From NCBI GenBank assembly GCA_039932235.1, contig JBDTQJ010000003.1, positions 1-39,996 of the forward strand: a stretch of DNA of 39,996 nucleotides, in the 5' to 3' direction. The notes under the pieces are model-generated. The model saw nothing but the letters and a program-made list of their open reading frames with translations. It did no database searches and was not told where the DNA came from. The position numbers were made by a program, and so were the translations under genes. Below, one piece after another: positions 17,530 through 25,435 of this stretch (positions within the stretch are counted from its first letter, which is position 1; each line of letters starts with the position of its first letter). The DNA is from Chloroflexota bacterium (GTDB lineage: Bacteria; Chloroflexota; Limnocylindria; QHBO01).

Positions 17530-18392
17530 GCGATCGGGTGCTCCCGCAGCCAGGCAGCCACGCGCCGATGGGCATCGGTCGGATAGGGCTGCCCGATGGG
17601 CGGTCCGAGCTCGCCGGCAAGCAGCTCGCACAGCTCCAGGCACGCCGCCAGGGCTTCGCCCATCCGCTGCGGGGTGGTGTCCGTCAGCGACCGTGCCAGG
17701 CCCGACACGGCTCGCGGGTCCGCCCAGCGTTCGAGAAACCGGCCGGCATGCCACGTGTCCGTGACGCCGTTGACGACCACCGCGTGCCACGTCGCCAGCC
17801 TCGCCAGGTTCGGCGCCATGTGGCCGTTGATGCACTCGGCGGCAACCCAGCCCTCGCCCCGCAGCGCCTTCCGCGCGGTCCACACGACGTGGTACAGGAG
17901 ATCGCCGACGAGATTTGCCAGCTCCGCCGCGCTTGGTGTCTCCGCGCGGAGCACCGGCGGTGCGGCCCGCGCCTCGTCGAGCATGGTCGCCAGGAAGCCC
18001 TCCGGGTCGGCGAGTGCCCGAGCGCCACGCTGCAGGACACCGTGGATGTGGCGCGCGGCGATGGCCGCCTCGTCCGACGCGTCCGGGGGCGGAAAGAGGC
18101 TGAAGTCGACATCCACGCCGTCGGCGAAGAGGACGCGGCGCTCCCAGCCATGGCCGACCCCGGTGGGCTCGATGAAGGTGACCCACGGATCCCCGATCTC
18201 CCGAACCCAGCTCGCTTCGTCGAGCCACGCCCTGGGCTCGGTGACGAAGAGCACCACGTCCAGGTCGCTGTGCTCGTCCGCCGGTGAGACGCTGCGCGCG
18301 GCGGAGCCCACGAGCAGCGCCCCTCGGACGTCGTTGCGAGAGCCGGCCCACGCGGTGATGCGTTCGAGCAGCGCGTCGCGGGCCGCGTTCAC
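17526..18392 (-). CDS. Aminoglycoside 6-adenylyltransferase-like nucleotidyltransferase
   Basis: Pol-beta motif LLVGSAAR...DEHSDLDV, VDVDF, KALRGE and WHAGRFLERWAD; GTGA overlap with the upstream gene. Confidence 0.8.
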   Translation of the reverse strand: MNAARDALLERITAWAGSRNDVRGALLVGSAARSVSPADEHSDLDVVLFVTEPRAWLDEASWVREIGDPWVTFIEPTGVGHGWERRVLFADGVDVDFSLFPPPDASDEAAIAARHIHGVLQRGARALADPEGFLATMLDEARAAPPVLRAETPSAAELANLVGDLLYHVVWTARKALRGEGWVAAECINGHMAPNLARLATWHAVVVNGVTDTWHAGRFLERWADPRAVSGLARSLTDTTPQRMGEALAACLELCELLAGELGPPIGQPYPTDAHRRVAAWLREHPIA

Positions 18393-19072
18393 GTGGCGCG
18401 GTCCTCGATCTCCCAGGCGTGGTCGAGGGCGTGCCAGGCCGAGCGACGCACGAAGTAGCGCGGGCTCCACGGTTTCCTGACCTTGTTCGGGTCGGGGAGG
18501 GGTTCGTCGCCCGCGCGCGCTACCAGCGCGATCCGTGACGCTTCCCGGACAGCGGTCAGGCGCGTGGCGACCGATGCGTCCTTCGCCAGCTTCGGCCGCT
18601 TGCTGCCGAGCTGGTGGAGGTACGCCTCCTCCGCCTCCAGGACGTGGCCGATGATCTTGGTCAACGGCCGGCCCCCGCCGCGCGGGCCTTTGCGCAGATC
18701 GGCACCGCGATGCGCCGCCGCCGCCGCGTCGAAGGTGGCCCACGCGGCCGTCAGCAGCGCGTCAAGGCGCTCGAGGTCGGCGCCGGCCACTGGCTCGGCG
18801 TCCGCGGCTGGCGCCACGCTCGGCACGCCGAAGTCGGTGCCGCCGGCGCCGCTAGCCGTTTCCCGCACGTCCAGGTCGCGCACGGCGGCCGGCGAGTCGA
18901 ATCGCGCCCCCGCCCGCGTGGCCACCGCTGCGTAGCGCACGGCACTGGCGAGGAGCGCATCGAGCGCGGCCTCCTCTGTCTTTCCGCTGCGGCTCCAGCC
19001 GGGCCACGCGATGGCCGTCGCGAAGACGCGCTTCGCACCGCGCTCGATCTGGACGGCAATGGGCGGCGGCAT
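18389..19072 (-). CDS. Conserved hypothetical protein (HicB-like N-terminus, DinB-like helical C-terminus)
   Basis: WPGWSRSGKTEEAAL; His motifs HVLEAE and RRSAWHALDHAWEIEDR; TACGGT box 6 nt upstream. Confidence 0.7.
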   Translation of the reverse strand: MPPPIAVQIERGAKRVFATAIAWPGWSRSGKTEEAALDALLASAVRYAAVATRAGARFDSPAAVRDLDVRETASGAGGTDFGVPSVAPAADAEPVAGADLERLDALLTAAWATFDAAAAAHRGADLRKGPRGGGRPLTKIIGHVLEAEEAYLHQLGSKRPKLAKDASVATRLTAVREASRIALVARAGDEPLPDPNKVRKPWSPRYFVRRSAWHALDHAWEIEDRAT

Positions 19073-19088
19073 GCCCATACCGTAGCGC

Positions 19089-19772
19089 CTAGACCTGCTC
19101 CATTGCCTCCACGGCGGCACCGGCCGACACGCCCAGGCCGACCGGGCACGCGACGCCGGTCGAGTGGTCCGGACAATAGCCGTTGGGGTTCTTGGCCAGG
19201 TACTGCTGGTGGTAGTCCTCGGCGAAGTAGTAGATGGGCGCATCGATGATCTCGGTGGTGATCGTGCCGTAGCCGGCCTTCGTCAGCTCGGACTGGTAGC
19301 GCTCGCGCGAGGCCAGCGCGGCGGCACGCTGCGCATCGGTATGGGTGTAGATGGCGGACCGATACTGGGTGCCGCGGTCGTTGCCCTGGCGCATGCCCTG
19401 GGTCGGGTCGTGGTTCTCCCAGAACAGGCGGAGGACCTCGTCGTAGGTGATGCGCGACGGGTCGAAAACGACCTGCACCGCCTCGGCGTGGCCGGTCTTG
19501 CCGGAGCAGACCTCCTCGTATGTCGGGTTGGGGGTGTAGCCGCCGGCATAGCCGGCCGAGGTCGAGACGACGCCGGGAGTCTGCCAGAAGAGCTTCTCGG
19601 CGCCCCAGAAGCAGCCCATGGCGACGGTCGCGACCTGCGTGCCATCGGGGTAGGGCGGCTTGATGGACGAGTCGTTGACGAAATGGCGCTCAGCGGTGGG
19701 GATCGCCTGGTCTCGGCCGCGGAGCGCGTCGGCCGGGTCGGGCAGAGTGGAAGGTCTTCCGAATCCGAACAT
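19089..19772 (-). CDS. msrA: Peptide methionine sulfoxide reductase A
   Basis: [28 protein letters not shown] and AEDYHQQYL. Confidence 0.97.
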   Translation of the reverse strand: MFGFGRPSTLPDPADALRGRDQAIPTAERHFVNDSSIKPPYPDGTQVATVAMGCFWGAEKLFWQTPGVVSTSAGYAGGYTPNPTYEEVCSGKTGHAEAVQVVFDPSRITYDEVLRLFWENHDPTQGMRQGNDRGTQYRSAIYTHTDAQRAAALASRERYQSELTKAGYGTITTEIIDAPIYYFAEDYHQQYLAKNPNGYCPDHSTGVACPVGLGVSAGAAVEAMEQV

Positions 19773-19817
19773 CCACCAAGTCTACGCCGGGGCCGGACGT
19801 TTGCTAGCCTCGGACCG

Positions 19818-20327
19818 ATGCGGATCGTGCTGGTGGGGATGATGGGCAGCGGCAAGTCCTCGGTGGGACGTGCCCTGGCAGCGCTGACGGGCTGGCCCTT
19901 TCACGACAACGACGAGCTGCTCGAGCGCGCGACGGGGCGTACGGCGCGAGAGCTCGCATCGGCCGGCGAGGCGGTGCTTCGGGAAGCGGAGTCCGCGGCG
20001 CTGCGGGCGGGCCTGGCACTGTCCCCACCCTCGATCGTGGCGAGCGCCGCGGGCGTGGTGCTCGACGGGGAGATGCGAACCCTGCTCGCGTCGGAGGGCG
20101 GCGTCGCATGGCTCCGGGCGCGCCCGGCGACGTTGCAGCAGCGCCTCAAGAATGCCGATGACGATCATCGGCCGTGGCTCGACCGCGATCCGGACGCCTG
20201 GCTTCGGCAGACCGATGCGGAACGCGCGCCGCTGTTCGCGGCGATCGCCGACCTGGTCGTCGACGTCGACGATCTGCGCCCCGACGCTGCCGCAAGCCGG
20301 ATCCTGGCGGCCTTCGGGCGGACATAG
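19818..20327 (+). CDS. aroK: Shikimate kinase
   Basis: VLVGMMGSGKSSVG, D.D, LREAES and RPWL; TAGCCT box 7 nt upstream. Confidence 0.85.
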   Translation: MRIVLVGMMGSGKSSVGRALAALTGWPFHDNDELLERATGRTARELASAGEAVLREAESAALRAGLALSPPSIVASAAGVVLDGEMRTLLASEGGVAWLRARPATLQQRLKNADDDHRPWLDRDPDAWLRQTDAERAPLFAAIADLVVDVDDLRPDAAASRILAAFGRT

Positions 20328-20362
20328 CAACACCCAGCCGGCTCGGGACGGCTGGGTGTTGC
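20327..20362 (+). terminator. Perfect 14-bp inverted repeat after aroK
   Basis: gcaacacccagccg-gctcggga-cggctgggtgttgc. Confidence 0.7.
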
Positions 20363-20478
20363 GGCGGGAGGATGGGTCCTGCCTCGATGATGGACGGGCC
20401 GCCGCGACGGGCCATCGGTCCATTGGCCGTCCGGGCGCGGGACAAATGACGTAGCGGCGCTCGGGGTACGCTGGTGGC

Positions 20479-20868
20479 GTGAGCACCGAGCCGGAGCTCG
20501 ATCGGTCCGAGGTGCGGATGGTCGAGCTGATCTTCCCGCACCAGACCAACCATTACGGCACGTTGTTCGGCGGGCATGCGCTGGGCCTGATGGACAAGGC
20601 CGGGTTCCTCTCGGCGACGCGGTTCGCGCGGCGCACCATGGTCACGGTCGCCTCGGATCGCGTCGAGTTCAAGGTCCCGGTGCGCGCCGGCCAGATGGTG
20701 GAGCTGGTGGCGCAGGTCCAGCGCGTCGGGACGACCAGCGTCACGGTCGGGGTCGAGATGTACGTGGAGGAGCTGCTCTCCCGCGAGCGGCGCCTCGCCA
20801 CGACCGGCAGCTTCGTGTTCGTTGCCGTCGACGAGGCTGGGAATCCGGTACCGATCTCTGCCGAGTGA
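20479..20868 (+). CDS. Acyl-CoA thioesterase (hotdog fold, YciA-like)
   Basis: TNHYGTLFGG..L.LMD, VTVA.D.V.F..PV and FVAVD. Confidence 0.92.
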   Translation: MSTEPELDRSEVRMVELIFPHQTNHYGTLFGGHALGLMDKAGFLSATRFARRTMVTVASDRVEFKVPVRAGQMVELVAQVQRVGTTSVTVGVEMYVEELLSRERRLATTGSFVFVAVDEAGNPVPISAE

Positions 20869-20875
20869 CGGCCCG

Positions 20876-21754
20876 ATGAGCGTTCCGGGCCGCCTGGTGG
20901 ATGTACGCGGCGAATGGATGCACATCGTCGAGCGCGGCACGGGCGACGCGGGGACGACGCCGCTCCTCCTGCTGCACGGCTTCCCCTCGAATGCCTTCGC
21001 GTGGCGCCCCGTCGCCGAGCGGCTGGCGGGGAGCATCCGCAGCGTGGCGATCGACACGGCGGGATTCGGTTACTCGACTCGCAGCCCGCGGCGCGGCGTC
21101 GATCCGGACAGCCACGCCGACCGGGTTGCGGGGGTGATGGACGCCCTCGGCATCCGACGCGCAGACCTCGCCGGCCACTCGTTTGGCGGCGGGCTCGCCC
21201 AGCGCTTCGCCCTGCGGCATCCGGACCGCCTCCGTCGGCTGGTGCTTGTCGCGCCGGTGGATGCCTCGCGGCGTCTGCCGCTCAGCGATGGCAGCCTCAT
21301 GAGCCTGTTCGGGGCGATGCTCCTGCCGGGCCTTGCCCGACGCATCGTGGCCCGCGCGATGCGCGGGGTCGCGGCGACGAGCGGCGTGCCGGCGGACGAG
21401 ATCGCGCACGGCTATGTCGATCCGCTGCTGCTCCCCGGCACGCGGCGCGTGCTGCGGCGTTTCGTGCGCGCGGTGGCCGCCGCCGAGGGGATCGACCCGT
21501 CGCGGATCGCCGCACCGACCCTCGTCATCATCCCCGGGCGCGACCGCATCGTGGCGCCCTGGGTCCAGCGCGCCCTTGCCGGACGCATCCCCAACGCACT
21601 GCTTGCCGAGGTCGCCGGTGCGGGGCACACCGTCCAGATGGAATGCCCGGACGAGGTGGCGCGGCTCATTGCCGCGTTCCTCAGTCCGCGGTCGGAGCCG
21701 TCGGGGATGCCCGCACCGCGCCGCGCCGCTGGATCAGCCACAGGCCCAAAATGA
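20876..21754 (+). CDS. Alpha/beta hydrolase
   Basis: LLHGFP, GFGYS, nucleophile elbow GHSFGG, G.D.IV and AGH. Confidence 0.9.
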   Translation: MSVPGRLVDVRGEWMHIVERGTGDAGTTPLLLLHGFPSNAFAWRPVAERLAGSIRSVAIDTAGFGYSTRSPRRGVDPDSHADRVAGVMDALGIRRADLAGHSFGGGLAQRFALRHPDRLRRLVLVAPVDASRRLPLSDGSLMSLFGAMLLPGLARRIVARAMRGVAATSGVPADEIAHGYVDPLLLPGTRRVLRRFVRAVAAAEGIDPSRIAAPTLVIIPGRDRIVAPWVQRALAGRIPNALLAEVAGAGHTVQMECPDEVARLIAAFLSPRSEPSGMPAPRRAAGSATGPK

Positions 21755-22598
21755 CCACCGCGCCGCCGACGAGGCTCAGCCAGGTCAGGGGCTCGTGGAG
21801 CAGCACCGCGGAGCTGATGACCCCGATGATCGGTACCAGCAGGGCGAAGGCAGCGGCCCGCGAGGCCGAGATGCGGCCCACCCCGACGTGCAGCAGCACG
21901 AACGCGACGACGGTGCCGAACACGGCCAGGTAGGCGATCCCCACCCACGCCTCGAGGGGCGCCGCGAGCAGGCGCGGACCGCCGCCCTCGAGGATCGCTG
22001 CCGGGATCAGGACCAGGGTCCCGATGACCGTCCCGTAGAGCGTGGCGCTCACCGGGTCGAAGCGGCGGCTTGCGACCCGACCGAGCACCGAGTAGATGCC
22101 CCAGCAGATGGCGCCAGCGATGAACATCAGGTCGCCGAGGAGGCGGGTGGGGGTGGACTCGGCCCCGGGACCAACCACCAGTACCAGTCCGGTGGCGGCG
22201 ACGGCCAGGCCGGCCGCCCCGAAGCGGCCCAGCGGCTCGCGCAGCATGCGCCAGGCGACGATGGCGGTGAACACCGGCGCCAGGCCCGGCACGATGATTG
22301 CGCCGTCGGTCGCCGGGGCGAGCGTCAACCCGGTCAGGAAGAGCCAGTTGTAGCCCGCAATCGCCGTCAGCCCCAGGCCGATCACCAGCGGCAGGTCGCT
22401 GGCGCGCAGCGGGCTCAGGCGGCGACCGGTCAGGCGCGCCCAGGCGGCGAGCAGGAGGCTGGCGGCGGCGAAGCGGAGGGTCGCGACCATGAACGGCGGG
22501 ACATGGTCCACCGCCACCGCCCCGGCGACCCAGGTGCCGCCGAAGCAGATGGCCATCCCGCTCAGCGCCGCGTAGGCGACGCGCTCGTCATCCGTCAC
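21681..22598 (-). CDS. DMT/EamA-family transporter
   Basis: About ten TMs in two repeats; LRF, LREPL and LHEPL. Confidence 0.9.
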   Translation of the reverse strand: MTDDERVAYAALSGMAICFGGTWVAGAVAVDHVPPFMVATLRFAAASLLLAAWARLTGRRLSPLRASDLPLVIGLGLTAIAGYNWLFLTGLTLAPATDGAIIVPGLAPVFTAIVAWRMLREPLGRFGAAGLAVAATGLVLVVGPGAESTPTRLLGDLMFIAGAICWGIYSVLGRVASRRFDPVSATLYGTVIGTLVLIPAAILEGGGPRLLAAPLEAWVGIAYLAVFGTVVAFVLLHVGVGRISASRAAAFALLVPIIGVISSAVLLHEPLTWLSLVGGAVVILGLWLIQRRGAVRASPTAPTAD

Positions 22599-22936
22599 TT
22601 GGGTGGCATCCCGCGAACGTGGGCAAGGGCACGGGCGAGCCACTCGTCGAGGCGTGCGCGATCCGAGCGCACTTCCTCGGGCAGCACCATGAAGCCGCGC
22701 ATCGGCCGGCCGGCCATCGGTTCGAACGGGGTTCCGCCGATGTCACCCAACTCGGCGATGTCCGGCGCGGAGAGCCGGACGATCCAGCGGTCCTCGTGGA
22801 GGCTGGTGACGAGGTGGCCGCCGGCGAAGCAGGCGGGATAGCCGAACATCTTGCGTCGGGCGGCGTCGGGCGCACCCGCCATGAGGTCGTCGGTGACCGC
22901 CGTGAACTGCGCGACCAGCTCTGGGGGCGAGGGCAT
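22595..22936 (-). CDS. TfoX/Sxy N-terminal-domain protein
   Basis: RKMFGYPACF and FEPMAGRPMRGF...LDEW; stop overlaps the DMT start. Confidence 0.82.
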   Translation of the reverse strand: MPSPPELVAQFTAVTDDLMAGAPDAARRKMFGYPACFAGGHLVTSLHEDRWIVRLSAPDIAELGDIGGTPFEPMAGRPMRGFMVLPEEVRSDRARLDEWLARALAHVRGMPPK

Positions 22937-22981
22937 GCGATCCGTGCTCCGTATACCGATGCGTGGACGTGGCGGCTCGTA

Positions 22982-23043
22982 GTATCCACCGTTGGGGATA
23001 GAGCGTGGATAAGCCACCCATCGGCCCGCAAAGTCGGGGATAA
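22982..23043. promoter_or_regulatory. Cluster of four DnaA-box-like 9-mers
   Basis: GTATCCACC (22982), reverse CTATCCCCA (22993), reverse TTATCCACG (23004), reverse TTATCCCCG (23035); 1-2 mismatches to TTATCCACA. Confidence 0.6.
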
Positions 23044-23049
23044 ACCCTC

Positions 23050-23079
23050 TTGTGGTGCCGGGCCGCGGGATCCTATTCT
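23050..23079 (+). promoter_or_regulatory. Sigma70-type promoter TTGTGG-N18-TATTCT
   Basis: Predicted start near 23086 coincides with the 5' end of the structured RNA. Confidence 0.6.
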
Positions 23080-23085
23080 GTGATC

Positions 23086-23190
23086 GTCCCGAAGGGGCAG
23101 CGAATACCGGATCACGAGATCGCATCAAGCGTTCCGGTACCGATTCAGTGGCTTCGGCCACGGGGTTGGACGCGGTCCCTTCGGGATTTT
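23086..23190 (+). ncRNA. Unassigned structured RNA, three-way junction (~105 nt)
   Basis: P1 23086-23102/23171-23187; P2 TACCGGA/TCCGGTA; P3 capped by C(UUCG)G; ends in TTTT. Confidence 0.68.
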
Positions 23191-23222
23191 CATGCTGTCC
23201 GTGGAACGCGTGGGGCACTGCC

Positions 23223-24134
23223 GTGAGATCGCCGATCGAGCCATCCGAGTCGTCGGGCGGGACCTGGACGGTGGAAGTCGAGCCCGCCGTCCTGCTGCCG
23301 TCCCGCCCTGTGGCCTGCTTCATCCGCTACCGCCCTGACAGCAGCTTCGAGGCACGCGAGGTGCGTGCCGTCCTGCGCGCGGTCGAGACGTTCCAGTACC
23401 GCCGGAGCCAGCAGACCGGGGAGACGACCACCACGGTCACCCATACCGGTCATGACGAGGTCGTGCGCGCCGAGGCGCAGCTCGCCGGGCCGATGGCCTT
23501 TCGCGCCGGCGAGGAGGTCGCCTGGGAGACGGGCTGGGAGCTGGAGCACCTCGCGCCGCCGACGTTCGAGGGGTCCGACGTGCTGCGCTGCGACTGGACG
23601 CTCGAAATCTCGGTGGACCGCGCCTTGAGGATGGACGAGCGGTGCGTGGTGCCGCTGAAGGTGGCACAGCCCACGGCGCTCCTGCGCGCCGGTGTGGTGG
23701 CCACCGGGCAGTACGGCCTCTTCGAGGATGCGCCGGTCAACATCGATGCCAATCCGGCCCAGATCCGGCTCGATCCGGTGCCGCTCTCCGTCGCGCATCC
23801 GTTCAGCGGAGAGCTCCGTCTCCAGACGCCGGAGGCGATCCAGGTCCAGGAGGTGCGGCTCGAGCTGCGGGTCCGCACCGAGTGCACCGAGCGTGGCGGT
23901 CTGACCGATGAGCTGCTCATCGCCAGTGGGCGGCTCGACACGCCGACCGGCACCTTCGGCGGTCCGTTCGCCGAGCATCCGTTCAGCGCGCCGGCGCCCG
24001 GGGTGTGGACGCCATCGGTCGACCTGCGCCACGGAACCGCGCGGGCGCAGTTCCACGTCATCCTTGCGCGGGCCTGGGCGCCCGACGTTCACTACGTCCG
24101 CGACGTGGCGCTCGCCTCGTCCGTCGATCTCTGA
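23223..24134 (+). CDS. Arrestin-fold / SpoOM-like protein with two beta-sandwich repeats
   Basis: Repeat 1 AREVRAVL...PPTFEGS...WTLEISVDRAL.MD; repeat 2 QEVRLEL...TPSV...FHVILARAWAPD. Start uncertain. Confidence 0.6.
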   Translation: MRSPIEPSESSGGTWTVEVEPAVLLPSRPVACFIRYRPDSSFEAREVRAVLRAVETFQYRRSQQTGETTTTVTHTGHDEVVRAEAQLAGPMAFRAGEEVAWETGWELEHLAPPTFEGSDVLRCDWTLEISVDRALRMDERCVVPLKVAQPTALLRAGVVATGQYGLFEDAPVNIDANPAQIRLDPVPLSVAHPFSGELRLQTPEAIQVQEVRLELRVRTECTERGGLTDELLIASGRLDTPTGTFGGPFAEHPFSAPAPGVWTPSVDLRHGTARAQFHVILARAWAPDVHYVRDVALASSVDL

Positions 24135-24685
24135 GGGGCGCGGGCCTCGATCGTCACCCGTGTCGCGTCGACCTCCTCGGCCGAGGTCAGGACCCACACG
24201 GGTGCCACCCCCTCTTCGGGAAGGGTTGGGAGCGAGGCGCTGAGCCACGACGCCTGGCGGCGAATGGCCGATGCCGGGAGGCGGCGGTCCGCGCGCGACA
24301 GGTTCCGTCCCAGCGCGACCTCCAGCGGCACGTGAAGCACGATCGCCGCGGTCGGGCGGCCGTGGCGGCGCGCAAGGGCCTGCAGGCGGCCGCGTGCCCA
24401 GCGCTCGACGTTGGTGGCATCAACAACGGTGAGCCGCCCGCGCGCGAGACGCAGCGAGGCGGCGGTATGGAGCAGCTCGAACGCGGCATCGGTCGCCGTC
24501 TGGTCGTTGGGGTCGTCGGCAACCATCGCGCGCAGCGCATCGGAAGAGAGCACCTGGATGGGCTGGAAGTGACGGCCGGCGAAGGTCGACTTGCCGCTCG
24601 CCGAGATGCCCACCAACAGGACGAGTGCATCGGCCGCCAGGCGGATCTCGCCGGGCGCGCGCTCAGGCGTCGACGGCGACGCCAT
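24092..24685 (-). CDS. Stand-alone polynucleotide kinase-like P-loop protein (AAA_33)
   Basis: LVGISASGKSTFA, LSSD..R.MV.DDPNDQ.AT and VVDATN, as in the kinase module of bacterial Pnkp. Confidence 0.82.
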   Translation of the reverse strand: MASPSTPERAPGEIRLAADALVLLVGISASGKSTFAGRHFQPIQVLSSDALRAMVADDPNDQTATDAAFELLHTAASLRLARGRLTVVDATNVERWARGRLQALARRHGRPTAAIVLHVPLEVALGRNLSRADRRLPASAIRRQASWLSASLPTLPEEGVAPVWVLTSAEEVDATRVTIEARAPQRSTDEASATSRT

Positions 24686-25382
24686 CGGTCCAGCGGGTAA
24701 GGGGCAGCAGCAGCTCGGCTCCCTCGCTGCGCACGTTGCTCACCGCGGGCGAGACGGCATAGCGCACGAATCCCTCCGTGGGCGCCGGGCGCAGCAGCGA
24801 GCGGAGGACCTCGGCCGGGGCCGCCTCGTCCAGCCAGGCGTCCCAGTCGTGCGGGTCGAGAATCACGGGCATCCGGTCGTGGACCGGTGCGACGAGCTCG
24901 TTGGCGACGGTGGTCAGGATGGTCGCCGAGTACAGGCGCTCGGCGGTCTGTGGGTCGCGCCAGATGGCCCACAGCCCGGCGAAGGCGAGCGGGGAGCCAT
25001 CCGCATGGCGGATGGCGAACGGCTCCGAGCGCACGGGTCGCTGCCGGCCCGGAGCAAACTCGCGGCGCCACTCGTAGAACGCGTCGGCGGGGACGATGCA
25101 GCGGTAGCGGCGGAACGAGGTGCGGTAGGCGGCAGACGACTCGACCGTCTCGGAGCGCGCGTTGATCATCCGCGGCCCCTCCCTGGGCGACTTCGACCAG
25201 ATCGGTACGAGGCCCCAGCGGAAGGTATCGACCGTCCGCTCCTGGTGGTGCTCGGTGATCGCGGCGACCTGGTCGGTGGGGGCAACGTTGTAGCGCTCGC
25301 CGGGGATCTCGGCGGCCACGGACGCCCCGAACAGGCGGGCCAGCTCATCGCTGGACCGGGGCTGCGCGAAGCGACCACACAT
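24663..25382 (-). CDS. SOS response-associated peptidase (SRAP; YedK/HMCES family)
   Basis: N-terminal MCGRF, YNVAP, WGLVP, INARSET, FYEW and HDRMPVIL. Confidence 0.95.
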   Translation of the reverse strand: MCGRFAQPRSSDELARLFGASVAAEIPGERYNVAPTDQVAAITEHHQERTVDTFRWGLVPIWSKSPREGPRMINARSETVESSAAYRTSFRRYRCIVPADAFYEWRREFAPGRQRPVRSEPFAIRHADGSPLAFAGLWAIWRDPQTAERLYSATILTTVANELVAPVHDRMPVILDPHDWDAWLDEAAPAEVLRSLLRPAPTEGFVRYAVSPAVSNVRSEGAELLLPLTRWTDGVAVDA

Positions 25383-25435
25383 GCCGTGCATTCTCACACG
25401 CAACCCCGTGACGCGGGACGGGGCAGAATGGGCGC

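Noticed and set aside
14460-18392. Antibiotic-resistance island (vanZ, two-component system, ANT(6)-like gene)
   Set aside because: No van ligase genes, integrase, transposase or flanking repeats; these families are common chromosomal genes.
23086-23190. tRNA, 5S rRNA, SRP RNA or hammerhead ribozyme identity for the structured RNA
   Set aside because: No TTCRA T-loop or cloverleaf, no SRP GGAA-loop domain and no CUGANGA/GAAA core.
22940-23200. Possible replication origin (oriC)
   Set aside because: Only four imperfect boxes, no AT-rich unwinding element and no dnaA, dnaN or parAB neighbours. Kept as a regulatory site instead.
24092-24685. Pnkp-Hen1 RNA repair system
   Set aside because: Only the kinase module is present; there is no phosphatase, ligase or Hen1 methyltransferase in the window.
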